64,000 nt of DNA from an uncultured Candidatus Babeliaceae bacterium (lineage in GTDB: Bacteria > Babelota > Babeliae > Babelales > Babelaceae). The stretch is taken from positions 544,001 through 608,000 of the forward strand of contig OY969927.1 in the NCBI GenBank assembly GCA_963704655.1, read 5' to 3'. A model generated the notes under the pieces. That model worked only from the letters and a program-made list of their open reading frames with translations. It was not told the DNA's origin and ran no database searches. A program made the position numbers and the translations under genes. This document shows, piece by piece, positions 29,386 to 38,500 of the stretch; the first letter of the stretch is position 1; each line of letters begins with the position of its first letter.

Positions 29386-30072
29386 TCATTCTGATAAATT
29401 GAATAGCACAAAGGTATTTTCTTCACCTTGAAGCTTAAATAGATTGACCAGACAAACGACCGACCCACTTACCAAAAATTCACTCAAGGTACTTTTTTTC
29501 AACTGATCCACTATATCTGGTGAAACTTCTTGACCATTTTCTTCAAAAACTCTTCCGATAGTAATATGTGCGCTAAATGGAAAAGCCTGTTTAATCTTAT
29601 ATTTTTCTTCAAGAATCGTACGTATTGCTTGCGCAAGATCAAACAACTCTGATGAATCTTTAAGCTTCAGTACTATGTTATAATAATTTTTAATTTTTTT
29701 GTCATTATAATCGATTTCAAATGTACCCTGCCAGCAATCGATTGCGCCATACGCAATAGAACTTGAAATATCAAATTTTTTATACTGATTGCTTATTACT
29801 TTTAGATCAGATTCCAATTCAGGATTATTTTCTAAAAAGCTCTTAACAGTTACACGTTCTTGCGAAACAAATGCCAACGTTATATGTGCACTATAAGATA
29901 CTTGTTGAAACGTGTAGCCAGCCTGCGATGCAACAGACTCAACTACTTTTGCACTATCTTCTAGTAAGGCTTTTGACTCAACCGGCACTTCTACAAGCAC
30001 TACCACACCTGCAAAAAGAGTATGCCAAATACAAAGAGTTAAAAATAGACCGGTTCTAAAAAACATATTCAT
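29386..30072 (-). CDS. 2H phosphoesterase (LigT / 2'-5' RNA ligase-like) with signal peptide
   Basis: Two HxT motifs (AHITL, AHITI). Likely ATG at 30072 or 30066. Confidence 0.75.
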   Translation of the reverse strand: MNMFFRTGLFLTLCIWHTLFAGVVVLVEVPVESKALLEDSAKVVESVASQAGYTFQQVSYSAHITLAFVSQERVTVKSFLENNPELESDLKVISNQYKKFDISSSIAYGAIDCWQGTFEIDYNDKKIKNYYNIVLKLKDSSELFDLAQAIRTILEEKYKIKQAFPFSAHITIGRVFEENGQEVSPDIVDQLKKSTLSEFLVSGSVVCLVNLFKLQGEENTFVLFNLSE

Positions 30073-30210
30073 GAATCTCGTATAAAGTAAAAAAGAGGAG
30101 CAGATACAAAAACTTCCGCTAACCGTGCTGCTTCTTTTCAGACCTGACACATTATTTAACTGTTTTTTATCTACTCCTCAAGTTTTTTATGCCCAATAAG
30201 TGGCACTAGT

Positions 30211-30243
30211 TCGCTAACCCTTCGACAGGCTCAGGATGAGCGG
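30211..30243. repeat. Family A repeat
   Basis: tcgctaacccttcgacaggctcaggatgagcgg, near-identical to 10409-10440. Confidence 0.9.
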
Positions 30244-30282
30244 ATTGAGACTGGCCCGCCAGGCATTTCTTTCAGGAACGAT

Positions 30283-30335
30283 GGCCTGCCATCTGAAGCT
30301 TGCCAAGCCAGTAGGCGTGGATAAGCGAAAGATGG
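30283..30335. repeat. Family B repeat, long form, overlapping the tRNA-Ser CCA end
   Basis: ggcctgccatctgaagcttgccaagccagtaggcgtggataagcgaaagatgg. Confidence 0.9.
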
Positions 30336-30424
30336 TGGAGAGAGAGGGATTCGAACCCTCGATGCCCTTTTCAGAGCATACATGATTTCCAATCATGCTC
30401 TTTCGGCCTCTCAGACATCTCTCC
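30333..30424 (-). tRNA. tRNA-Ser(GGA)
   Basis: Reverse complement GGAGAGATGTCTGAGAGGCCGAAAGAG-CATGA-TT-GGA-AA-TCATG, long variable arm, GGTTCGAATCCC, TCTCTCCACCA. Confidence 0.96.
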
Positions 30425-30427
30425 GTA

Positions 30428-30452
30428 GTTCGACTTCGCTCACTATGAGTGG
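30428..30452. repeat. Family A repeat filling the rpsB to tRNA-Ser spacer
   Basis: gttcgacttcgctcactatgagtgg. Confidence 0.8.
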
Positions 30453-30453
30453 T

Positions 30454-31305
30454 CTAAGCTTTACGCTGAGCTGGACGAGACTGTAAACGTTTTTGCGGAC
30501 GTGCAGCAGGCGCTGTACGTTTTGCTTTTTGACGTTCGGCTTCAGTTCCATCTTCACTTAATACCGTCTGAATAATACGATCAAGTGAATTGTCTTCAAT
30601 AATTTCTTCTTGTGGTTTAGCAGTAGCAGCTACTTGCTGACCACGCTTAACTGCTTCTGCAAGATAATTCAAAATAACTTCAAGTGCTCTTGGCGCATCA
30701 TCATTTGTTGGAATAACAAAATCAATTCCTGATGGATCAGAATTTGTATCAACTAATGCAACAATAGGCACACCAGCAGATTTTGCTTCTTTAATAGCAA
30801 CATGTTCTTTATTTACATCCACTACAACAAGTGCACCAACTGGCCAACGCAACTCACGAATACCGCCAACGTTTTTTTCAAGACGCTCTTTCATTTTATT
30901 GAAAAGATTAAGCTCTTTTTTAATGTAGTGTGATGAATCAGATTTTGCCAAAATATCTTCAAAATGGAGCATTTTGGTAACAGATTTTTTAACTTGTGGA
31001 TAATTGGTAAGTGTACCACCAATCCAGCGATGTGTTACTGAAGGAGACTTAACGGTTTCAAGAACTTTAGGCAATACCGCTTGAGCTGATTTTTTTGTAC
31101 CGACCCATAAAACTGATTTGCCTTGAGATGCTAAAGATTCAAGAAACTGAGCAGCTCTTTCAAGTTGAAAAGCTGTCTTTGAAACGTCAATGAGATGAAT
31201 TCCGTTTTTATGACCCCAAATATAAGGGCTCATTTTTGGATTCCAGCGCCATGTTTGGTGTCCAAATTGGACGCCATTTTTAATAAGATGTTTTAAATCG
31301 ATCAT
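30454..31305 (-). CDS. rpsB: 30S ribosomal protein S2
   Basis: GVQFGHQTWRWNPKM, RWIGGTLTN, VDTNSDP, NDDA. Confidence 0.98.
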   Translation of the reverse strand: MIDLKHLIKNGVQFGHQTWRWNPKMSPYIWGHKNGIHLIDVSKTAFQLERAAQFLESLASQGKSVLWVGTKKSAQAVLPKVLETVKSPSVTHRWIGGTLTNYPQVKKSVTKMLHFEDILAKSDSSHYIKKELNLFNKMKERLEKNVGGIRELRWPVGALVVVDVNKEHVAIKEAKSAGVPIVALVDTNSDPSGIDFVIPTNDDAPRALEVILNYLAEAVKRGQQVAATAKPQEEIIEDNSLDRIIQTVLSEDGTEAERQKAKRTAPAARPQKRLQSRPAQRKA

Positions 31306-31332
31306 ACGTATCTTTCGGTAGGTTATAGTCTA

Positions 31333-31414
31333 TTGTTTTCTGGTATCTTTATAAGATTTACCACCTACATCAGAAAACAAGGGGTTTAACAAGCCCCGCT
31401 CCATACGAGCGGGG
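31333..31414 (-). promoter_or_regulatory. Structured rpsB 5' leader (candidate S2 autoregulatory RNA)
   Basis: Two hairpins (ccccgctc/gagcgggg and ttgttttctg/cagaaaacaa) between the promoter and the rpsB start. Confidence 0.55.
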
Positions 31415-31430
31415 TCAAAAGGTTATATTT

Positions 31431-31458
31431 AGTGTAACTTTCTTACAAAAAATTGCAA
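31431..31458 (-). promoter_or_regulatory. Candidate sigma70 promoter for rpsB
   Basis: Minus strand reads TTGCAA-16 nt-TACACT. Confidence 0.55.
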
Positions 31459-31460
31459 TA

Positions 31461-32960
31461 CTACTGATTATGAGCCGCTCCATCCTGAGAGCTTTCATCA
31501 GAGCCGATCACTTCGCCACTGGCTACGGCTTTCTCATAGCGACGTCCTAAAAAGTGCGCTACTACCATCCAACAGCCTATGATCAAGGTAAAGAAGATAC
31601 CATTAACTGCATTTATTGATATAAATACAGTCCCAAGTTTCCCAGAGATTCCAGAAAACGTTGCACCAACGCTTTTAGCGAACTTAGTACCAAATGAATC
31701 GATCCACGATTTTGATTTAAACTTAATAAGCTTAGTCGTTGGAATATATAAGCTTTCACGCAATGGGGAGGCAAATGCATAATTAAGGGCTTTAAGTAAA
31801 ATATACACAAGACTTATACTTGTCGCAGCCGCTTGATTTGTTATCTCTGACGCGGTGAAGTAATATACCATTAAAACGGCAGTGATAATAGGCACCAGAA
31901 GCAAGGAGCGTCTTTCACCTAAATATTCAATAAGCGCTCTGGTTCCTAAAAGGGTAATAAAAAAACCAACTAGATGCACCCAGAAATCATCGCCTAGCAA
32001 CGATGCTGTTTTTTGAGAAATAGTAAATGATGCCGCGCCAGCCACTACTACACGCTCAATGTTAACATAGACATTAACCACTTCCCAGAAGGAAACAACA
32101 CCCAATATTCCCATAACATAGGGATATTTTACCATAAGGGTAAGTCCTTCAAGGTTCTTTTTCAGGGCATCCCACCAACTAGCTGCAGGCTGTTTCTCTT
32201 CTTTTGCATGCTGCTTTTCAAACTTATACGCCGCTTCATAGCCATGCATTGTTTTAGAAGGAACAAAATAAATCATTAATGCAATCAAAACAGGAACAAC
32301 AAGAAGCAACCCTGAGGTCATATAAAAAAGAATTTGATGGTTAAATGCATCAGAAAGTAATTGTTGTCCAGTTACTGGATCAATTCGTCTTAACCACCAG
32401 CAGGCAAATGTCGTTGCAACAACACCACCAAATTTTGAAGCCGCCACCATAATAGGATAATTACTTTTTGCGGCACTGGGCGAAGTTATAGAGTGGCTGA
32501 AGGACCAAAAAAGACCGACCACAAAGGGATTAAAGCCATCCATAAAAAAGTATAAGAGCCAACCAAAAATCCTATCTACGCTTTGCTCAGTATTAGGCAA
32601 TCCGATAGTTGGATGGGTAATAAAATAACCGATAACCAAGCCACCAACCCCATAAATTACACTATAAAGTGTCATAAGCTGCGCTCGACGCATAACATCT
32701 ACAAGCTTAGAAAAAAGCAAAATTGCAGGAATCAGAAGTATCATTGACCATAACTTAGCAACTGCAAGCGACTCTTTGCCGCCTACAATACTCATAAAAA
32801 GAGAGTCTTTAAGCGTACGAACCACCGTATAAGTACCAATAATGCAAAAGAATGAAAGAGAAAGAAGTAAGACTTTTACACGCTCATCTTTTTTAATATA
32901 CACCAACTTATTATAAAGTGCGTGTAATGAAAACTTAGAAAATATGCCCTTAAAACCCAT
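31461..32960 (-). CDS. NTT/TLC-family nucleotide (ATP/ADP) translocase, copy 2
   Basis: Multiple TM segments; Y.VVRTLKDSLF, LFWSF....AKSNY, LYIPT....KFKSKSWID.FG.KFAK. Confidence 0.88.
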   Translation of the reverse strand: MGFKGIFSKFSLHALYNKLVYIKKDERVKVLLLSLSFFCIIGTYTVVRTLKDSLFMSIVGGKESLAVAKLWSMILLIPAILLFSKLVDVMRRAQLMTLYSVIYGVGGLVIGYFITHPTIGLPNTEQSVDRIFGWLLYFFMDGFNPFVVGLFWSFSHSITSPSAAKSNYPIMVAASKFGGVVATTFACWWLRRIDPVTGQQLLSDAFNHQILFYMTSGLLLVVPVLIALMIYFVPSKTMHGYEAAYKFEKQHAKEEKQPAASWWDALKKNLEGLTLMVKYPYVMGILGVVSFWEVVNVYVNIERVVVAGAASFTISQKTASLLGDDFWVHLVGFFITLLGTRALIEYLGERRSLLLVPIITAVLMVYYFTASEITNQAAATSISLVYILLKALNYAFASPLRESLYIPTTKLIKFKSKSWIDSFGTKFAKSVGATFSGISGKLGTVFISINAVNGIFFTLIIGCWMVVAHFLGRRYEKAVASGEVIGSDESSQDGAAHNQ

Positions 32961-32982
32961 AATATCCCTTACCCTTAGAAAG

Positions 32983-33022
32983 ATGGGTTTTCTTATGAAA
33001 CTTTTATCACAAGAAAACCCAT
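32983..33022 (-). terminator. Hairpin between the two NTT genes (terminator or attenuator)
   Basis: 12-bp inverted repeat atgggttttctt/aagaaaacccat. Confidence 0.55.
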
Positions 33023-33058
33023 TTTATTTACAACATAGTGCTTAACACAAGATGATCA

Positions 33059-34633
33059 TTAACAAACAACGCGTTTTTCGTCGATTGCACTTTTGTATGT
33101 TTTACCAAGATAAAGCGCTACAAAGAACCACATCGCAACCAATCCATAACCAAGAACTGATGCCATTAAAATATAATGTGATTTTCCAACTACATCACCA
33201 AAGACTTTTTGTAATGGTTTGAGCGACATGTTAAATATCGATCCAACTTCTTTAGATCCGCGTGAACCGAATACTTCGATCCATGCTTGAGATTTAAAGC
33301 GAACATCATGAGTTGTTGGGATATAAAGCTGTTTCATAGCAGGACCATTAAGCGCATAGTTAATCGCTTTAGAACCAACCATAAGCCAGAACAAGAATGT
33401 TAAGCTATCAAAGGTAATAAATCCAGTAATTGCACCAGCTACAATAATAGGCATCATAACTAAAGCAACGCCTACGCCAAGTAAACGAGTGATATTACTT
33501 ACACCAAGCAATAAGCAGATCAGTGAAATAATATTAACATATGAACCATATTGACCAAGATACGCATCAAGATCACGGCCTACATAGTGAGTACTTGCAA
33601 GAACTTTGAAATTGAAATCAAAGATAGTAACAATAATCTCATAGCTAGCGATAGCTGCAAAGATGCCCATCAAATACCTATGGCTTAATAATAATTTTAA
33701 CCCTTCAAGGAATCCTGGCTCTTGCTCTTTTTCAGCAGCAGCTTCGTTTTTACCATGAAATGAAGCAAGTAATGCTTTAGGCGTAACTTTTAAGAAGTTT
33801 TTGATTAAAACACCTACTAAACCAATGCTAATTGCGCATACAAAGAAAGAAATTGCACTGGTTGTTTTTAAATATGCTGGAACAAATTGCGCAAATGACA
33901 CTAAAGATGCACCAAAAGGCTTTAAATAATTAGGAATGTTATCAATACTTTCAAACTTTTGTAAAGTCTGTGCTATTGGCGTAACAAACATTGGCCCGAT
34001 GATACCACCAAATTGGCCAATTGCGGTAACAAGATAGAACCCTTTTTTTGCAGAGTTTGAATCTGTTGTATCAGAAGCAAAAGCCCAAAACAATGCCACA
34101 ACCAATGAGCCATAGCTTTCAACAAAAATATAGATCACATAACCCAAAACTTTTGTTAAGTAATATTCAGCGCCTGTATATGAAGCAATAGTTGCTGCAT
34201 CAGCCTGAAATTTACATAATAACAGACCAAATAATAATGCACCACCGGCATAAATAGTTGAAAGAATATAGAACATCTTCTCACGAGAGTATCTGTCCAT
34301 AAGCTTTGTGTAGAACATAACTAATGGGAAAAGCAAAAACAATGAAGCTGTTTTAGCCCAAGGAATATCATGCTTGCTCACAAGATTTATAAAAACTGAA
34401 TCTTTTAAAACGCGAAGTGTCCAATAAGAGCCAATAATAAGAGCAAAAATTAGACCCATACGGAGGAATTTCTTAAACTCTTCTTTTTCAAACTCGCCAA
34501 AAATTGGTCTGAAAATATACTGTAACGCCGGAAGTATCATACAAAAGTCCTTTTTGTAGGTAAAAAATAAAAAAAGTTTCATATTTATATTACTACGCGA
34601 TTTTTCTTTTGTAAAACTAAAAAACCCGCTCAT
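33059..34633 (-). CDS. NTT/TLC-family nucleotide (ATP/ADP) translocase, copy 1
   Basis: EEFKKFL, YWTLRVLKDSVF, LFWAFA....AKKGFY, LYIPT..VRFKSQAWIE.FG.R.SK. Real start probably near 34540 (MILPAL). Confidence 0.9.
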   Translation of the reverse strand: MSGFFSFTKEKSRSNINMKLFLFFTYKKDFCMILPALQYIFRPIFGEFEKEEFKKFLRMGLIFALIIGSYWTLRVLKDSVFINLVSKHDIPWAKTASLFLLFPLVMFYTKLMDRYSREKMFYILSTIYAGGALLFGLLLCKFQADAATIASYTGAEYYLTKVLGYVIYIFVESYGSLVVALFWAFASDTTDSNSAKKGFYLVTAIGQFGGIIGPMFVTPIAQTLQKFESIDNIPNYLKPFGASLVSFAQFVPAYLKTTSAISFFVCAISIGLVGVLIKNFLKVTPKALLASFHGKNEAAAEKEQEPGFLEGLKLLLSHRYLMGIFAAIASYEIIVTIFDFNFKVLASTHYVGRDLDAYLGQYGSYVNIISLICLLLGVSNITRLLGVGVALVMMPIIVAGAITGFITFDSLTFLFWLMVGSKAINYALNGPAMKQLYIPTTHDVRFKSQAWIEVFGSRGSKEVGSIFNMSLKPLQKVFGDVVGKSHYILMASVLGYGLVAMWFFVALYLGKTYKSAIDEKRVVC

Positions 34634-34741
34634 TTACGTATCAATTTGCCTGTGATAGACTATCTTCATATGCACGATAGAACCCTACCGTAAACTACGC
34701 CGTACCTACGTGTTATAACCTGCGTGTGGAGAATTTAATCT

Positions 34742-37159
34742 ATGATTAACCAAGAAAATAGTGCGTCAGAACGCACCAATAACCATAAAAAACATATTTT
34801 ACCTCTTTTACCCTTAAAAAATGTGGTCATTTTGCCTAAAAGCATTATTCCTATTATTGTAGGAAGACCCTCATCAATTCAAGCGGTAGAACATGCACTT
34901 AAGAATTCAAAAGAAATTTTTATCTCCGCCCAAAAAGATCCTGCCGTAGAAAACCCTACTCAAGATGATGTCTTTGCCTATGGAACCCGTTCTATTATTC
35001 TACAGGTTGTACGTATGCCAAAAGGTGCGCTTAAAATCCTCGTAGAGGGGCTCTCGCGTGCTCGCATGGTCGATTCAGAGATGCAAGATGGCTTTTATTT
35101 GGCAGAATTTATCAATTTACCTACGCCAAACTTTGAACGCACCCTTGAAATTGAAGCGCTCTGGCGCCATTTACATGTATTATATGTACGCTATACGCAG
35201 CTTAATACCAAGATCCCTCAAGATCTCATGGGTAACGCCAAAACGGTCGAAGATATCGACAGTATTGCAGATACGTTTACGATACATATGAATTTAACCT
35301 TTGATGAACGACAAGAGTTACTTGAAATCGTTTCACTTGAAGATCGCCTGGTTCGTCTGGCTCAATTAATGAATAAAGAAATCGATATTCTGGAAACTGA
35401 AGAGCGTATTCGTGGACGCGTACAAACGCAAGTTGAAAAAAATCAACGTGAATATTACCTCAGCGAACAGCTTAAAGCTATTCAAAAAGAACTTGGGAGA
35501 GACGATCAGCATGGTGAAATACAACAACTTCGCACAAAAATAAAAGCCCTAGGGCTGCCTGAAGAACCCGCTGAAAAGGTTGAAAAGGAGCTTAAGCGCC
35601 TTGAACAAATGCCGCCAATGTCATCAGAAGCAGTCGTAAGTCGCAACTATATCGACTGGGTGATATCGCTCCCTTGGACAAAACTAAGTAAAGATACCAT
35701 CAGCTTTGAACAAGCAGAAAAGATATTAAATAAGAGCCATGCTGGCCTTAAAAAGGCTAAAGAGCGCATTATAGAGTTTTTAGCCGCTAAAAAGTTTTCT
35801 AGCTCTCTTGAACGATCGCCCATCATCTGCTTAGTCGGCCCTCCTGGTGTAGGGAAAACCTCACTTGCTGAATCTATAGCAGAAAGTCTTGGACGAGAAT
35901 TTGTACGTATCTCCCTAGGAGGCGTACGTGATGAAGCTGAAATCCGTGGTCACCGCAGAACCTATATTGGGGCGTTGCCTGGCAAAATTTTACAAGCAAT
36001 GCGTAAAGCAAAATTCCACAACCCTGTGATATTACTTGATGAGATCGATAAAATGTCGCAAGACACGCATGGTGATCCAGGCTCTGCGCTCTTAGAAGTT
36101 CTTGACCCAGAACAAAATAAATCATTTGTTGATCACTTTTTAGAACTTGAATACGATCTTTCTAAGGTGATGTTTATTACCACCGCAAACCACCTAGAGG
36201 GGATTCCGTATCCGCTTTTTGATCGCATGGAGATCATATCTCTTTCTGGTTATACCGACGATGAAAAAGTCTCTATTGCACATGATTTTCTTGTTCCAAA
36301 AAATCTCAAAGAATACGGCCTGAAAAAGACTCAGTGCAAAATAAGCGATGAAATACTCAAAATTATTATTAGTGATTACACAAAAGAGTCTGGAGTTAGA
36401 CAACTTGATCGCACCATTGCAAAAATTATGCGCAAAGTTATTCAACAGCTTTTGTTAAACTCAAAAACAAAATCAGTTACCGTCACACCTGAATTAGTTA
36501 AAGTGTGGTTGGGAAATACCAAATACAGAAGAACTGATCTTGAAGTTGGGATACCTAAAATCGGCTTAGCAACGGGGCTCGCTTGGACTGAAATGGGGGG
36601 GGATGTGCTTGAAATCGAAGCTACCGTAATGCCTGGCAAAGGAAGCATCAACCTTACCGGACAACTCGGTGATGTTATGCAAGAGTCTGCACATGCGGCA
36701 CTCAGCTATATTCGTTCACGAGCAGTTGATCTTGGCCTGCCGGCTAGCTTTAACCAGACACGTGACATCCATATCCATATACCAGAAGGCGCAACCCCTA
36801 AAGATGGCCCTTCAGCTGGTATTACTATGTGCACAGCACTGATATCTGCGCTTACAAAAAATCCCATTAATCCGCGTGTTGCTATGACCGGTGAGATCAC
36901 GTTACGTGGCCGTGTGTTAGGGGTAGGTGGGCTTAAAGAGAAAATTCTTGCTGGGCACCAGCACAAAATTTCAACGATATTGCTTCCTTATGAAAATAAA
37001 GATGATGTCGAAGAATTTATTAAAGATATACCAAGCGATTTAAAGCTCATATACGTCAAAACGATCGACGAAGTGCTTAAACTTGCACTCACGAAAAATC
37101 CATTTTCACGGCCTATGAAGCAGGCAAAGAAAAAAAGTAAAACAACACAATCTAAATAA
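34742..37159 (+). CDS. lon: ATP-dependent protease La (Lon)
   Basis: GPPGVGKTS, DEIDK, PKDGPSAG catalytic Ser, GGLKEK. Confidence 0.98.
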   Translation: MINQENSASERTNNHKKHILPLLPLKNVVILPKSIIPIIVGRPSSIQAVEHALKNSKEIFISAQKDPAVENPTQDDVFAYGTRSIILQVVRMPKGALKILVEGLSRARMVDSEMQDGFYLAEFINLPTPNFERTLEIEALWRHLHVLYVRYTQLNTKIPQDLMGNAKTVEDIDSIADTFTIHMNLTFDERQELLEIVSLEDRLVRLAQLMNKEIDILETEERIRGRVQTQVEKNQREYYLSEQLKAIQKELGRDDQHGEIQQLRTKIKALGLPEEPAEKVEKELKRLEQMPPMSSEAVVSRNYIDWVISLPWTKLSKDTISFEQAEKILNKSHAGLKKAKERIIEFLAAKKFSSSLERSPIICLVGPPGVGKTSLAESIAESLGREFVRISLGGVRDEAEIRGHRRTYIGALPGKILQAMRKAKFHNPVILLDEIDKMSQDTHGDPGSALLEVLDPEQNKSFVDHFLELEYDLSKVMFITTANHLEGIPYPLFDRMEIISLSGYTDDEKVSIAHDFLVPKNLKEYGLKKTQCKISDEILKIIISDYTKESGVRQLDRTIAKIMRKVIQQLLLNSKTKSVTVTPELVKVWLGNTKYRRTDLEVGIPKIGLATGLAWTEMGGDVLEIEATVMPGKGSINLTGQLGDVMQESAHAALSYIRSRAVDLGLPASFNQTRDIHIHIPEGATPKDGPSAGITMCTALISALTKNPINPRVAMTGEITLRGRVLGVGGLKEKILAGHQHKISTILLPYENKDDVEEFIKDIPSDLKLIYVKTIDEVLKLALTKNPFSRPMKQAKKKSKTTQSK

Positions 37160-37182
37160 ACCACCCTAGAAAGGTTAATTTA

Positions 37183-37356
37183 ATGAAATATTTATCACTT
37201 GCATTAGTCGTTACACTTTCTGCACTTACTTTTGTTGGTTGCAAAAAAAAGGCGGAACCAGCAAAACCACAACCAGTTGCTGAACAAACTGCTGAGCGTG
37301 TTTCAGGCACACATAGCGCGGTTGATATCGTTTGGGAAGAGATTGACCTTAAGTAA
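37183..37356 (+). CDS. Small lipoprotein, 57 aa, missing from the ORF track
   Basis: MKYLSLALVVTLSALTFVG-C-KKKAEPAKPQ...WEEIDLK*; AAGG Shine-Dalgarno upstream, lipobox, terminator downstream. Confidence 0.8.
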   Translation: MKYLSLALVVTLSALTFVGCKKKAEPAKPQPVAEQTAERVSGTHSAVDIVWEEIDLK

Positions 37357-37383
37357 AAAAAGATATTTTTATTAGATAATCTC

Positions 37384-37416
37384 AAGGGAGCCTTCAAAAA
37401 GCTCCCTTTATTTTTT
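37384..37416 (+). terminator. Intrinsic terminator
   Basis: aagggagc-loop-gctccctt followed by a T-rich tract. Confidence 0.8.
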
Positions 37417-37451
37417 ATACTGAAAGTAGATTTTCAAAAAAAGGGTACTTA

Positions 37452-38492
37452 ATGCATATACTTTCAAAAAAAATAGCTAAACAAATATTCTTTTGTTTAA
37501 CTCTCTGTATTTCTTTTTCTTTACAAACATATGTAGAAAAACTCTTATATACGACGTTTAAAATCACAGACACGCGTATTCTTCGTATTATCAATTCACA
37601 ATGTTTTCAGCGATTATATGATATTAAACAATATGGCATAGACTCAAAAGTACTTCCCAAACGCAAAAATTCAGAGGTATATAATCGCGCACACCATTCA
37701 CTGGGAGTACTTTATCTTTTGCAGCGATACAAGGCGCCTTTTGTAGAACAAGTTGCTGGCACTTGCCATGATGCTTCACATACGGCATTCTCTCATGGAG
37801 GCGATGAAGTTTTTAGGCATAAGGATGGCAAAGATTCATATCAAGATGTTCACCATTTAAAATTTTTAAGCAAAACAGATATTCCTACAGCTTTGCAAAG
37901 CTGTGGCTTAACACTTGCCGATATCGACCATAAAAATCCTGCATTTACCTGCCTAGAGCAGCCACTTCCGGATATCTGCGCGGACCGCCTGGAATACAAT
38001 CTTGCAGGCGGTGTTTTGGAGAATCTTATAACCTCACAAGAAGCGCTAGAAATTTTAGAGCATTTAAATTTTGAAAATAGCACATGGTACTTTACCGATG
38101 CATATCACGCCAAAAAATTTGCTACAATTTCATTGTGGCACACCGAGCATGTTTGGGGCTCACAAATGAGCCATTATGTTTCTAACGAATTAGCACAAGC
38201 TATTAGAACAGCTTTTGAACTCGATATTCTCACCCATGAAGAATTTATATATGGCACCGATGAGACTGTATGGCAAAAGCTCCGCTCATGTAATAGCGCA
38301 GAAATAAATAACCATATACAAAAATTAATGCACGCACATGAACATGAAACAGAAATGAATAAACAACCAAGAAATAATAAGTTTAGGGGCATTAACCCCT
38401 GGGTTCTTGTAAATGGAGAGCTTAAACGTCTTACTGAACTCGATAAAGAATTTGAAAAAGAGTACAATCGCGTAAAAGCTGAATCGCATTAA
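37452..38492 (+). CDS. HD-domain phosphohydrolase (SAMHD1/dNTPase-like)
   Basis: FQRL..IKQ.G, NRAHHSLGV, CHDASHTAFSH, ADRLEY. Confidence 0.85.
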   Translation: MHILSKKIAKQIFFCLTLCISFSLQTYVEKLLYTTFKITDTRILRIINSQCFQRLYDIKQYGIDSKVLPKRKNSEVYNRAHHSLGVLYLLQRYKAPFVEQVAGTCHDASHTAFSHGGDEVFRHKDGKDSYQDVHHLKFLSKTDIPTALQSCGLTLADIDHKNPAFTCLEQPLPDICADRLEYNLAGGVLENLITSQEALEILEHLNFENSTWYFTDAYHAKKFATISLWHTEHVWGSQMSHYVSNELAQAIRTAFELDILTHEEFIYGTDETVWQKLRSCNSAEINNHIQKLMHAHEHETEMNKQPRNNKFRGINPWVLVNGELKRLTELDKEFEKEYNRVKAESH

Positions 38493-38500
38493 AAAATATC

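Noticed and set aside
30214-30396. 60-aa ORF ending LILSLSKG
   Set aside because: Spurious translation of tRNA-Ser plus family A and B repeats.
37152-37397. 81-aa minus-strand ORF
   Set aside because: Antisense shadow of the 57-aa lipoprotein gene, which has a Shine-Dalgarno, lipobox and terminator.
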